Source: Octopus sinensis (Eukaryota). From it: 64,000 nt of DNA. Positions 25,784 through 38,534 of this stretch are shown one piece after another. The position numbers and the translations under genes are program-made. The stretch is from positions 78,926,001 through 78,990,000 of the forward strand of contig NC_043005.1 in NCBI RefSeq assembly GCF_006345805.1. Reading direction: 5' to 3'. Under the pieces are notes generated by a model that was not told the DNA's origin, did not search any database, and saw only the letters and a program-made list of their open reading frames with translations. Within the stretch, counting starts at the first letter, position 1, and the number at the start of each line of letters is the position of its first letter.

Positions 25784-26080
25784 TGATTTATTACAATTAT
25801 CAGTGGTTTTATTTCTCATTTCTTCTTCTTCTTCTTCTTGTTCTTCTTGTTCTTGTTCTTGTTCTGTTCTGTTCTTCTTTCTTTTGTTCTTGTCTTCTTC
25901 TCTTATTCTTCTTCTTCTTCTACTATTCTTTTCTTCTCTTCTTCTTCTTTTTTCTTCTTCCTTCTCTTCTTTCTTTCTTATTCTTCTTTTTTCTTTTTCT
26001 TTTCTTATTCTTCTTCTTCTTATTCTTCTTTTTTCTTCAGTTATCGTATTTATTATTATTATTATTATTATTTTATCATT
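25725..26080. repeat. (TA)n, degenerate (TTC)n and (ATT)n microsatellite block
   Basis: Directly visible. It explains the low-complexity ORFs at 25673-26205. Confidence 0.95.
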
Positions 26081-26476
26081 ATCAGCGTTGTTTTCTTCCG
26101 TTCCTTTTCTCGTGTCTTGCATCTCCTCGCCTTTTACCTTTTTCGATAATCTTACTGGTCCTCATCTTTTTTATGATTCGTTGGCATTTTAAAGCAATCA
26201 TTTAGGAAAAATTAATTTTCCCTATCAGGCGTTCTCATTGTTCATATAATATACTTTCAAATAGCTGTTTCATAGTTCTATTTTGAAACTCTTAACCATA
26301 ACTTTAATATTTCAAACTGAGGTGTCAATTCAGTTCACTTTAACAAAGGAAGAACATGGAATTAGCATTTCATTTTATATTGCATAAAAGGTATTTCATA
26401 TCTCCACGTAGACATACACACCTACGCGCGCGCGCAAATAGACACAGCATTTATATTTATATAAATACATATATAT

Positions 26477-26885
26477 AGGCGCAGGAGTGGCTGTGTGGTA
26501 AGTAGCTTGCTAACCAACCACATGGTTCCGGGTTCAGTCCCACTGCGTGGCATCTTGGGCAAGTGTTTTCTGCTATAGCCCCGGGCCGACCAATGCCTTG
26601 TGAGTGGATTTGGTAGACGGAAACTGAAAGAAGCCTGTCATATATATGTATATATATATATAAGTGTGTGTGTATATGTTTGTGTGTCTTGACAACCGAT
26701 GTTGTTTGATAACCGATGCTGGTGTGTTTACGTCCCCGTCACTTAGCGGTTCGGCAAAAGAGACCGATAGAATAAGTACTGGGTTTACAAAGAATAAGTC
26801 CCGGGGTCGATTTGCTCGACTAAAGGCGGTGCTCCAGCATGGCCGCAGTCAAATGACTGAAACAAGTAAAAGAGTAAAAGAGTAC
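26477..26885 (+). mobile_element. Family C SINE, reference full-length copy
   Basis: A box TGGCTGTGTGG, B box GGTTCAGTCCC, CORE-like GCATCTTGGGCAAGTG, internal (TA)(TG) tract and tail GAAACAAGTAAAAGAGTAAAAGAG. Confidence 0.95.
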
Positions 26886-27034
26886 TATATATATACACAT
26901 ACACAAACACACACACACCTACCCCACCACATATATATATATATATAGAGAGAGAGAGATAAAGAGAGAGAGAGAGATGGTTTGATAGATACATAGATAG
27001 ATATATTCATTAATCGTAATTAGCTAGGTATTAT

Positions 27035-27245
27035 TTTATTCTTTTATTTGTTTCAGTTATTTGACTGCGGCTATGCTGGAACATCACCCTTAGTCGAACA
27101 GATCTACCCCAGGACGTAGTCTTTGTAAGCCTAGTACTTGTTCTGTCGTCTTCTTTTGCCGAACCGCTAAGTTAAGGGGATATAAAGAAACCATCTTCGG
27201 TTATAAGACGATGGTACGGGGGGACAAACACAGACACACACACAC
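27035..27245 (-). mobile_element. Family C SINE 3' half, inverted relative to the previous copy
   Basis: TTATTTGTTTCAGTTATTTGACTGCGGCTATGCTGG..TTTTGCCGAACCGCTAAG. Confidence 0.85.
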
Positions 27246-27400
27246 ACATACATACATACAACATACATACATACATACATACATACATTACATACAATAC
27301 TATATATAAATATATACATATATATATATATACATATATTATATACATATATATATATATATATATATAATATATATACATATACATATATATATATTAT

Positions 27401-27435
<35 letters not shown>

Positions 27436-27444
27436 GTGTGTGTG

Positions 27445-27734
27445 TGGAGGCGCAATGGCCCAGTGGTTAAGGCAGCGGACTCGCGGTCGTAGGATCGCGG
27501 TTTCGATTCCCAGACCGGGCGTTGTTAGTGTTTATTGAGCGAAAACACATAAAAAGCCCCACGAGTCTCCGGCAGGGGTGGTGATCCCTGCTGCACTCTT
27601 TCACTACTCTTTCTCCCACTCTTTCTTCTGTTGGCCTGCTCGCTTAGCCAGCGGGGTGGTGTCATTCGAAGGCTAAAACATTGCGAACGCATTGTGACCA
27701 GCGATGTGTAACTACATCTGATGGACTGGTCGGT

Positions 27735-27742
<8 letters not shown>
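27445..27742 (+). mobile_element. Family B SINE
   Basis: Full head GTGGAGGCGCAATGGCCCAGTGG through tail CACGTGAT(AT)n. Confidence 0.92.
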
Positions 27743-27779
<37 letters not shown>

Positions 27780-27879
27780 CATACATACCTATCTATATGT
27801 ATATATGTATATTGGTTCAGGCCATATCTAAGTTAATACCACCACCTGATAGGATTAGCTAAATATTTTTTATGTCACG

Positions 27880-28390
27880 TTTTGTTGTATCATGGTCCGT
27901 TCGAGTAAGAAGTTCTTGTTGAGTGAGTTATATCCAGGTATGGGTTGCTTATCTGGCATTCCTTGAAGAAATTTGTCCAGATCCCGTTTAAAAGTGATTT
28001 GATCCTTTTCCTCTTTGTTCTGTTTCGGCACAATGTTAAATAGGGCAGGGCCTGCTGAAGAAAAGAGATTGTGTTGCAGTGTATTTATGTGTTGTGATCA
28101 TGTACTGGGTAGGGGACTATGGCCCGTGGTCCTCGCCTTCGATGAATTTTGATGCTAAAGATAAGGTCGTTTGGGCAATGCTTGTGGTATATTCACCACA
28201 TCGTGCAAGTGATATATCGCTCACCGCGGCGCTGGAGAGAGTAGATTTTCAATGCGTTAAGGCGGTCCCTATGATCGACTTCATTCATGCCCTTAATCTT
28301 TTATTGAATGACCTCTTGGGTCCCATGCAACACGATCCCTACTCCACTGTTAGCATAACAGATTTTCTACCACTGCGCTAAAGCAATTCA
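27880..28390 (-). mobile_element. CR1/L2-group LINE ORF2 3' end
   Basis: Minus-strand translation RIKGMNEVDHRDRLNALKIYSLQRRGERY, then after a frameshift SAGPALFNIVPK..FKRDLDKFLQGMPDKQPIPGY. Confidence 0.85.
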
Positions 28391-28500
28391 TTTGAATTCT
28401 TTTTCAATCTGTCTACGAATGTATGTATATCTCTGTCTACATGTATGTATGCGTGTACATACAAGCATATATGCACACACACACACACAAATTCGTATAC

Positions 28501-28547
<47 letters not shown>

Positions 28548-28574
28548 TGTATGTATGTATGTATGTATGTATTT

Positions 28575-28638
<64 letters not shown>

Positions 28639-29067
28639 GCATATACATACATACATATTTACTTATAGACTTGTAGTCAGAGAGACAAAGACGTAGATAG
28701 ATAGTTGAAGAAGTAAAAGTTTCTGGCTTGTACAGAATTGTACATTGGCAATAATAATAATAATAGCAACAATAATAATAAAAATAATAAAAATAATAAT
28801 GGTAAAACTGAAAGAATTGTTCCCTACTTTAAATGTATACAGGATCAGAAGGTCTTCAAATTTTACTTGCGAATGAAATGTAATTGAATTGAAATGAATA
28901 AATAAATAAAATAAGGTAGAGTATGGTAGAATATTTACGCTTTTTCATTTAAAATTTTCTCGTCTAGCGTTTAAGAATGCTTGTGCCGTTATTGATAACC
29001 ATCCATCCATCCATCCATCCATCCATAGATACATACATGCATATATATATATATATATATTATATAT

Positions 29068-29133
<66 letters not shown>

Positions 29134-30054
29134 GTACGTATGCATGTACACGCACACACACACAACACACACACACACACTCACACGAGGTAACAAACCT
29201 TCATCTCTGATAAAGAACTTTGGTCTTTGAACTAATATACATTAATGTAAATAAAAATATTTAAAAGATATATATATAAATCAAGAAAAAAATTCTGTAT
29301 ATTAAAATTTCTGCTTGTAAAATTGATACGCCATTAGATATTAATATCAATTTTATATTTTTAACTTTATAGTGAAGAATATTGCATACACCAATGTTTA
29401 GAAAAAGAAGAATTTCATCACAAATAAAGAATGAGAAAAAATCCTCCGTTTCTGTAAATAGTGTCGAAATTTATGTTCGCTATTTGTGTTCTCTAAGTAT
29501 TTTTATGGTCATTGCTCTGGAGACCTTTCTGGTCCAGTACTGTCTGTCGAGATCATTGAACATGTAACCCGCTTCCCTTCCATGGGGCATAGTTTTCTCT
29601 CGTGCTTCCTGTTAGTTACATATCTTGTTATTCTTATAGCTTCTTTTCTCAAACTGTAGCATTATGGAACTCACTATCTTAGTCCTCTACGATATTCAGC
29701 CTCGTAAACTATGATATTCAGCGTCTGAACTTTCTGTCAATCGATACTTTTTCAATTTCTAGGCTCCTTTTTTTTTCTTTGTGCTCCCTTACACTACAGA
29801 GGCCTGAAACCTTGTATGAGAAAAAAAAAAAAAAAAAGGAAGCGTTTAATGAATAGATATACAAATATTTATTGATATTTTTGGCCAGACGAGTGATGTG
29901 CATATCTCCAGCCTGTGGGTAGCCGTCTTTCTTTTTTCGGTTATATTGTCTATAAGGCAATTTTAATTGAGAATTGCTTGAAAGGCATAGTAATTTCCGT
30001 GACCCTGAAATAGGTATTTTATATGTGGATATCCTGCTCCCCAAATTTTCAGAC

Positions 30055-30718
30055 TTTATTCTTTTTGTACAAAGCTCTCACATCCACTTAACATACCCGC
30101 ATTTCTGGGTATCAGAAGTTTTATAGATGTTATCCTTCACTGAATTGGTAGCGAGAGTCTGGTCTTGTGCTGCAATGATCAGGCTTTCAGTGGTACGCTT
30201 CAAATCATCTCGCTCAAGCCATTCCCACGATGCAGTATTACCCATAACATCGTGTGTAGTCCTTTCAAACTGTCCATGGATTATCATTTCAAGGTCTTCT
30301 TTTCTCTTCTCATCAGCTCTTTGGTTAAGCTCTTCCTTGCCCACCATTTCATATTCATTTGCACCAATAGCTTTCGTGGCATATTGCAGGAGGTCTTCAC
30401 CACTATTTATCAAATACTCGACAAGCGTTCACCTTTCAGTTCTTATACAATGGTCTATACTAATTAATTCTCTGTCACCATTCTTTCTTTTTTATATACA
30501 GTGTGTTTGCTTTTGCTTTAGGGCGTAGCGACCCATGCAGCGTCATCAACGTTTTCGTCCTTGCATCCAGTGTTGATATTTCATCCTTCGTCCATTTGAG
30601 GATGGACGCGCAATTTTTGACCACCGTAACTGCCCAGATATTCATTTCGGTAATCAAACTTTTAGCATTCAGTTGGATTTCAACATCGTCTTCACCCTGT
30701 TTTGATACATCTCGCTGA
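30055..30718 (-). mobile_element. R4/Dong-clade LINE fragment (post-RT region to zinc finger)
   Basis: NIWAVTVV..ILKWTKDEISTLDARTKTLMTLHG..LYI and HGQFERT..WEWLERDDLKRTTESLIIAAQDQTLATN..KC. The 5' junction is in (TAA)n. Confidence 0.9.
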
Positions 30719-30719
30719 C

Positions 30720-30777
<58 letters not shown>

Positions 30778-31332
30778 GAGTAAGAGAGCAGTGCATGCCA
30801 TCAAAGTGACACTGGAGTAAAATATACGAAGCCCAATATACCCATCATTGACTACCCGTCTGATAAGGGTACACTAGGCACATACATCACAAACATATGT
30901 GCGCGACATGGTGATCTCATATCACGATAAACAGCGCATGAAGTTGCAGGTGGGACCCAGTTAGAAGTTTCTTCTGGTCGAGTAGCTCATCCTGCTCAAA
31001 AGGTCCCTGAATAAGGATTGTTTAAGGATGTTGAACGAAACACCCATGTTTCCAAAGGTGAATCATTCAAACCCCAAAGAGTTCCTCTCAACACATGGCT
31101 ATGATGCTCTCCCACTACTTCTGCCGATGAACAGAGATGCACATATCGTCAGCCACCAAGGGACATGGTCAACTGGTTAGGGTCAAACAACTGACAAGCA
31201 ACTCTGTGGTATTGATCAAGATATTTGTTGTAGACTATCTTTAAAACCAATATAAAACAATGTACTTTATAACGCTTCCAATCAGTTAAGATCAAAACGT
31301 ATGGGAGCCAATATCTAGTACTGCATCAGGGC

Positions 31333-31334
<2 letters not shown>
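30778..31334 (-). mobile_element. ~560-bp non-coding element (family G), copy 1, flanked by (TAA)n
   Basis: The minus strand starts ATGCCCTGATGCAGTA and ends GGCATGCACTGCTCTCTTACTC(AAT)n. Confidence 0.8.
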
Positions 31335-31363
<29 letters not shown>

Positions 31364-31876
31364 GAGTGAGAGAGCAGTGCATGCCATCAAAGTGACACTG
31401 GGGTAAAATATACGAAGCCCAATATACCCATCATGACTACCCGTCTGACATGGTGATCTCATATCAAGATAAGTAGCACATGACCTTGCAGGTGGGGCCC
31501 AGTTAGAATTTTCTTCAGGTTGAGTAGCCCATCCCGCTCAAAAGGTCCCTGAATAAGGGTTGTTTAAGGATGTTGAAAGAACCACCCATGTTTCCAGAGG
31601 TGAACTATTCTAACCCCAAAGAATCCCTCTCAACACATGGCTATGATGCTCCCCCACTACTTCTGCTCGTGATCAGAGATGCACATATCGTCAGCCACTA
31701 AGGGACATGCTCAACTGGTTAAGGTCAAACAACTGACAAGCAAATCTGTGGTATTGAGCAGAATATTTGCTGTAGCCCATCTTTTATACCAAGACAAAAC
31801 AATGTACATGATAACACTTCCAGTCAGTTAAGATCAGAAGCCACGAGAGCCACTGCCTGGTACTGCATCAGGGCAT
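31364..31876 (-). mobile_element. Family G copy 2, with a ~43-bp internal deletion
   Basis: Same termini as copy 1 with many substitutions. CCGTCTGA joins directly to CATGGTG. Confidence 0.8.
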
Positions 31877-31897
31877 TTATTATTATTATTATTATTA

Positions 31898-31960
<63 letters not shown>

Positions 31961-34900
31961 CTTCATCGCAGCGGAAAGAAAACTATCTGTTATGAGAAAA
32001 TACTGAACACATCAACCTGATTGATGGTGAAATAACTGTTTACAATAAATAAGAACAGTCAAAGAGCTTAGTTGACGGTGTTAGTTCACCCGTGTCTTTT
32101 TACGTGTTCGATATGTTTTGGGTTAACAGTCGGTAGTTGAACAGTGAAATCTGAGTGTTGTATCTATGCTCGTGTATTACGCAGCGCCTTCTGTGTTAAC
32201 ATATATTTCTGCGATATGTTGTATTTAGATAACCACAACCAACTATTTATTTGTGTCATACCATTTTACACCAGACGTGTATACCCACGTCATAGCACTA
32301 TCCCAAGTAGCTATAGAAACGTATGGCTTTACATCGAAACTGAGCAGTCTCTTTCAAACTATTGTATTTTTGAATACAAAACAAAAAGATATCAAAGACA
32401 CGTTCGGCTCCTGAAACAGAGATGTGATATTAGGCATTTATTTAATGACTGCTTCTTGTTTGTCCGACTTAATTCGTTAAGTAAAATGGTAAAAACTGTG
32501 AGGAATCAAGTTTATTGAAATCTGTAAAAGCAATCACAGGAAATCAGCCAAAGATTAATCAAAGGAAATTATTTTGTTGTGGCAAAACAAAAATGAATTT
32601 ATTCTCTCTTTCTCTCTCCCTATGCACACACACAAACTCTCTCACACACACACACACACAAACACGCACACGCACACACACACACACGCACACACACACA
32701 CACAAACACGTACGCGCACAAACACACACACACACAAACACGTACATACACACGTACATGTATATATGTAGGTATGTATATATATATAGGCGCAGGAGTG
32801 TGTGCTTTGTGTGTATGTGTGCGTTTGCGAGTGTGTATATATATGTGTATATATTTATAGCATTAAATATATAATATATATGTATATATATATATATTTA
32901 TATATATTGCATTATATATATATGTGTGTGTATATATATAAATATGTATATATATGTATGTATATATATGTATATGTATGTGTAGATATATGTATATACA
33001 TATACACAGATATATGATATATATGCACATTCAATTTGTGTATGCCTATGAACGTATAACCATGTATATATATACCCTCACATACAGACATATATATATA
33101 CACACATACACATACACAAACACAAACACACACTTATAAACCAAAACAAACTGTACAGCCTCAAAAACAAAAACAACAGTAAATTCGAAATATACTGTAA
33201 AATCTTTCATAGTTGATTGGAAGAAGCTATTTCTGTCGAAGTTAGCTTTGGTGGATAGTCGCCAACGATATAATTTTGCGTGCCAAATTATTGTAATTAA
33301 CAACAGATTAATATTTCCTGTATATATTTTTGTTGTTACAAAAAAATAATAAGGCAAACAATCATTTTTGGAAAACATATATAAGAAATTCTATAATAAT
33401 TCTACATTGTTATTTGTCATCACTAGAATAGATGTTTTATAGCTATTTATTTAGATTTTATTTTCTCTTACGAATCTTGATTTTTGTCTTATTATTTTCC
33501 TTTTATTTTGCAGAAACATTCAAACACATGTACTGATATTATGACGATCTCACAAACATAGAAAAGTATAGGAACGCACGCAATAAGTACAGCCATTTTG
33601 CACACATAATTAAAAGCAGTTATCTAACAAATGACATCGGGAATAACACACAACATCTTGCAATTAATAAGATTTTAAAGAAATGTTTCATTTCACTGAA
33701 ATGAGACTTGTATTTTTTCTAACCGCCCTTATTAAATTATTAATCACTGCACCAGAACGGGATATGTTACGAAAACACGATTGTTAGCGGAGATAATTAA
33801 AGTATGAAATTTCCGAAATTTGTTTATAATTATTCATAGTACGAAGTTTTAAAGAGAACATGAATATTTATTTATAGAAGTGGATTGGAGGGAGATATGT
33901 TGGGAAAACATAATTCTTGAATAGAATTCAGAAAATATACGTAAATAAATTTAGATTTTTAAAAACACAAAGATTCTTAATACATATAATCTGCGTGCGG
34001 ATAGTATGACTAAAGAAACAGGATAAAAGGATAATAAATCGTATATATATGACAACAATAACTTGGTATGGTGTGTAGTATAGCCTTAAACTGAATCTGG
34101 TATTAGTTCCCTGGTTCGGGAATTTCAGGGTTTGAAGTGTGCGAAAGCACACCTTATTCATTACTGTTCCCGGGTATAATCTAACCCGGAATAATAACAC
34201 CTGTCAGGGTGCCTGTTCGGGGCTGATTAACACATTATGGAAAAAAATGAAAACTCCAAGCACGAACACTCACTGACTTGTGAGGGTATTGTGGAAGAAA
34301 AAGGTAAGGGCTCAACCTTAACAGGAAATCAAGGAGTAAAGTTCTTTAGGTGGTCCGTTGTCCTCTTTGACACCTTGCCACCAGCTGTTGGGTAGGTGGA
34401 GCTCTCCAGGCTTGTAGGACAATTCATCTAGAAGAAGGCCACTACAGTGTAATACCTACAACTTGCTGTTCCCCACAGACATTTTAATCACTGCGCTATT
34501 CTGTTTAGACCATCGAGACTAAAGACGAGGTAGACTGGCTTACTTTAAAACTAAGCGCAAGCGGAAAGGAAATTTGATCCAGGCTCTCTGGAGCCTGTTT
34601 TTGAAGAATTGGTTTACATGGCCACATGGGGTACAAGACGTTCTGCCTTACGATGTTCAGACACAACGATCAGCAATCACTACTTTACATAATGTTTTTT
34701 AAAAGATATATGTAACATGGCACGTAATGCGTTTTGTCTGAGCCAGTTTTTAATATAGGGTCAGGATTTGGTAAGATTTATATCTTTGACGAAGCAGGAT
34801 GGAAATTAGTTTATGGTGACTGATTGATGCATTGACTATGTATCCTCTTTTACCTTTAGCTCTTCGTAAAGTACAGATCATGAACATATGTCAAAATATA

Positions 34901-35029
34901 TAAACGTAATTTGAAATTGACCAAAAAGAAATCATCTGTGAGACTGTAAGATGGAAAGTGGAAACAAAAATGACTTAACTACATCGGAATAGAAAGCGGA
35001 ACACTCCAACCGGATTCACGCAAAGCATA

Positions 35030-35600
35030 CACTTTTGAGTGTTTACTCAAGAAATGTAAAGGCTCTGTCAAACTACATTTAGAACATATGGGAGAATAAT
35101 ACAAATATAGCTATAAAATGAGAAACAGTAGACAGTGCCATTCGGAAATATATAATTCCGTGGCATTCTCGCTTATGTTATAGACAAGCATAACGTAAGA
35201 AACCGGAAACATCCCTTCTTCAGTGAAACAAAATGACACAATATTACATTACAGATATCAGGATAAATTCTTTTTGGTCTAAAAGCGAGACCAGACTGCA
35301 AATATGCTCTCTACACTGCATAAATGAAGATTACAGGGACCAGAACAAATCCATTTGTAGGAACCAGTCTAAATAGTAAGCAAAGAAAATATATGACGTA
35401 ACGGTAGCAGACATTGCTGTGGCGTTCTGTCATAACGAAATCTAAAACAACAACAATGAAAGGTAATAAACGCAACTATAATAATATTGATAATTCAAAG
35501 CTTCAGATATAAAATAACCTGGTCACTGGCCAGGGAATACCTAAGAAGATCTGTAGGAGAATCAAATGTATAAAAAAGAAATTATTGAAGACAACAAAAT
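35030..35600 (+). mobile_element. Heavily decayed R4/Dong RLE-domain fragment
   Basis: Scattered motifs: KPETSLL (cf. WYEHxPExV), KFFW and ADIAVAFCHN (cf. IDIAVPxDxN). Many stops and frameshifts. Confidence 0.35.
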
Positions 35601-35874
35601 GCCTAAATTAGTGACACAGAATATACAAAATTAACCGATAATTACAGAAAAAACTATCATGTATTTTACCAAAGACAAACGAAAGCAAAAGAAAAAAGAA
35701 CCACAAACAAACGGCAAAATTTAAGCAGCACCGCAGAGAATGATAATACTAAAATTTAAGTGGAAGATAGCCACTGAATTTTAGGTGGAAGACATTCAAG
35801 GATAATAAAAAGAATCAAACGAACAATTGATTTGAGGCGCAGGTGTGGCTGTGTGGTAAATAGCGTGCTTACCA

Positions 35875-37365
35875 TTGCGCATGAGCGAGACAGAGTTGTG
35901 TGTTTGACACTGAAGCTGTAAGACGTGCTTTTGAAGCCGTTTAAATTGAAGATTTTTGAAACTCAGCCGTAAGGTAAGATTTTTTGCGGTCTAGTGGGGA
36001 CCTGTTGTCTGTCGCAATTAATTATTACAAACAAGAAGTCCTCACTGGATTCTAGTCTGCCTGAGGCCGAGTGAAAATTTTTGTTTCACTTAATTGTGAA
36101 AATTATTGGTTTGATGGGCGTATCCTGCCGCAAAATTTTGTTTGAAAATAGTGTTTCAACAATATTGTTCCTGTCAAGGAGTACCTATAAGACGAAAATT
36201 GGAATGATCTTTTAACTGTTTTACAATTGCGTCAAAAATTTGGCCTGGAGTACCGAGTGGCCTTTTCTGCGTTTTGAACCGTTGCTCTCTCTTCATCTAT
36301 CTTTTATTTAAAAAACTCTTTATTGAACTGTTATTTTTTTTTCTCTCCTTCCTTTTTATTTGGACGTTTTTCCTCTTCCTTCTTTTTCCTTAATTATTTT
36401 ATATTTTAACAACTGTATTTTTGGACTTATCTAGAAAAAACATGGCAAATAACAATGGAAAGTTGGTGGAGTGGGAAATTAAACCACACAAAAAGTGGTT
36501 AAAAGAACTTGAAAGTAAGACCTACTCTAGGACCCTCGACGCCATTGCCGTTTTCAGACAGGATATAATCGAAAGAGAGCTGGTAGAATTTAAGCCAGTG
36601 ATTAAGTTTATCACTCAGTGGGGTGGGGGTCACATACGCAACCGTGTGGCTGCTGTTTGACTCCCCGTGAATTTGCGAGCCAGTCCCTAGAGGTGTAATG
36701 AAATTTTGTTTCTTCCCGCTTATTGTGGGAAGAATTTGACGAGGGCTTGAGTTTGCGGCTTGCCACCCGGTGTTGTGCCCGAATGGATAGAAGATACTAT
36801 CCGCCGGGGTCTGAGTGAGAGTAGCACCAAGCTCCTCAACGTAAATATTCTGCCTGCAGCTGACTGGGAGGGGTTAAAAGCGGTTTTGACCCTATGGACC
36901 TAGTCAGCCGAAAGTCTGGTATTTCCAGACTTTTTGAGAATGGCCGGATCTAGGTATCTAGTGATGCTTGAGGGACGCCCCCACAAGTGTCATCGGTGCT
37001 TGAAGCTTGACCATATAAAAAAGAACTGTTCTCAAGGGCAAAGCAAAGTCCTGGAGCGGTTGACAGAGACCTCTGCAGAGGAGGGAATGAAGGCAGCCGG
37101 GAAGAAGGAGGACTCCCGAAAGAAAAGCCCCAAAAGGAAGAAAGTAAACAATAATGGATGATCACCGAAGGATCCTGGAGATGAGGGAGGGGAGGCGAAT
37201 CTCCAGGTCACGGACGAGACGCTGCCTCCCCCAGTCGAGAAGAAAAAAGAGGAAGTGGAGGAGAAACGTGACATTGCCGGCAGTCGGAGACATGGCGCCG
37301 GAGTGTCACGAGACCTCGTCGGTTGTGCCATCGGAGGAGGGGAGATACCATTAGCGGGAATTGTG
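35875..37365 (+). mobile_element. 5' part of a Tx1/L1-like LINE between a family C SINE head (35835-35874) and tail (37366-37391)
   Basis: Long leader followed by a gag-like ORF1. No ORF2 follows. Confidence 0.65.
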
Positions 37366-37437
37366 CAAATGACTGAAACAAGTAAAAGAGTCAGAGACAG
37401 GAAACAAGATAAAATTGAGGAAAATGAGATACGATGA
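36442..37437 (+). pseudogene. Gag-like ORF1 with a CCHC zinc knuckle; five in-frame stops and no frameshift
   Basis: One frame from AAAAAC-ATG-G (36442) gives VCGLPPGVVPEWI..FLRMAGSRYLVMLEGRPHK-CHRCLKLDHIKKNC (Cx2Cx4Hx4C, 36988-37029). Stops are at 36658, 36688, 36748, 36901 and 37159. The last ~70 nt run into the SINE tail and flank. Confidence 0.8.
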
Positions 37438-38003
37438 GGAAACCGCTTTGGAGAGTGAGACTGAATATTGAAAAGGAAACACTATTTAGATAAAATATAT
37501 GTAACAGGATATGATTATAAAAGAAGGACATAGATGCTGCACAATAACAGAACTGCCAATGGGAGGAAATAACACCACAAAAATATATTTTAAAATCTTT
37601 GAAAACCATTGAAATTTATGGTATAATGGCGGAAATGACCAATGAAAGAAAAGCAAAAACGAAATCAACAAAAGAAGTAAAGGAAATGATGCTAACTCCA
37701 ATTAAACCATCCAAATACAAAATCGAGCCATAAGCAACAGAATGAAAGCATTTCGATATATCGTTGCTGTTATGTTAAACTGTCGTATGTCCAAATTTGG
37801 CCAGATGCGTTGTTCTTAATATATATTTTTGTTTGCAATAACGGTTCTTTTGGTCAAACTACCGTATCTCCAGCTGCTTCAGATGCCAAGATATCAAAAG
37901 TTGTCAAAGTGTAGTACAACGGTTTTGCTTCCGAATAGTGGAACTATGTTTTCGTTTTCTAAAAAGCAACGTTTTGGATTTACGATATCTTTGCATAATA
38001 GCC

Positions 38004-38077
<74 letters not shown>

Positions 38078-38080
<3 letters not shown>

Positions 38081-38383
38081 GCATTATACATACATGCCAG
38101 GAGGCATTGTATATACATGCCAAATAAGGGGGACAATCAGTCATTTCTACCAAAATATTACTAATACCACCGAATGCAATTTTTCAAAGTAAGACATTTA
38201 AAAATATAGGCCGTATCACAGTGATTTATACTTACGTAATCATCAGCAGGCCTGAATGTATATATAAATAAACAACGACCCTGCCTCGCTTAAGCGATCA
38301 GCTAACTGGTAGAAATGACTGATTGTCCCTCTTAGCGTTTGGCATGTATATACAATGCCTCCTGCATGTATGTATAATGCCCT
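38078..38383. mobile_element. MITE with ~75-bp TIRs in (TA)n
   Basis: GAGGCATTATACATACATGCCAGGAGGCATTGTATATACATGCCAAA..GGGACAATCAGTCATTTCTACCA is mirrored at the right end. Flanked by TATA. Confidence 0.92.
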
Positions 38384-38534
38384 CTATATATAAATTAATA
38401 GTTCAATAAGAATAATTTTTTTCGAAATTTTTTCTCTTATGAGGTTTTTACGCTATCTACCTGACAATTTCTTGTAAGTTTTCCTTATTAAGTAGTTGTC
38501 CTTAATTGCTATATATATATATATATATATATCT

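Noticed and set aside
31780-31876. HDV-like or hammerhead ribozyme at the 5' end of family G
   Set aside because: CTGATGC is not the hammerhead core, and no P1 partner for GCCCTGA was found.
33514-33640. Exon after the strong acceptor TTTTATTTTGCAG at about 33513
   Set aside because: Stops appear shortly downstream and no clear donor follows. A non-coding exon cannot be excluded.
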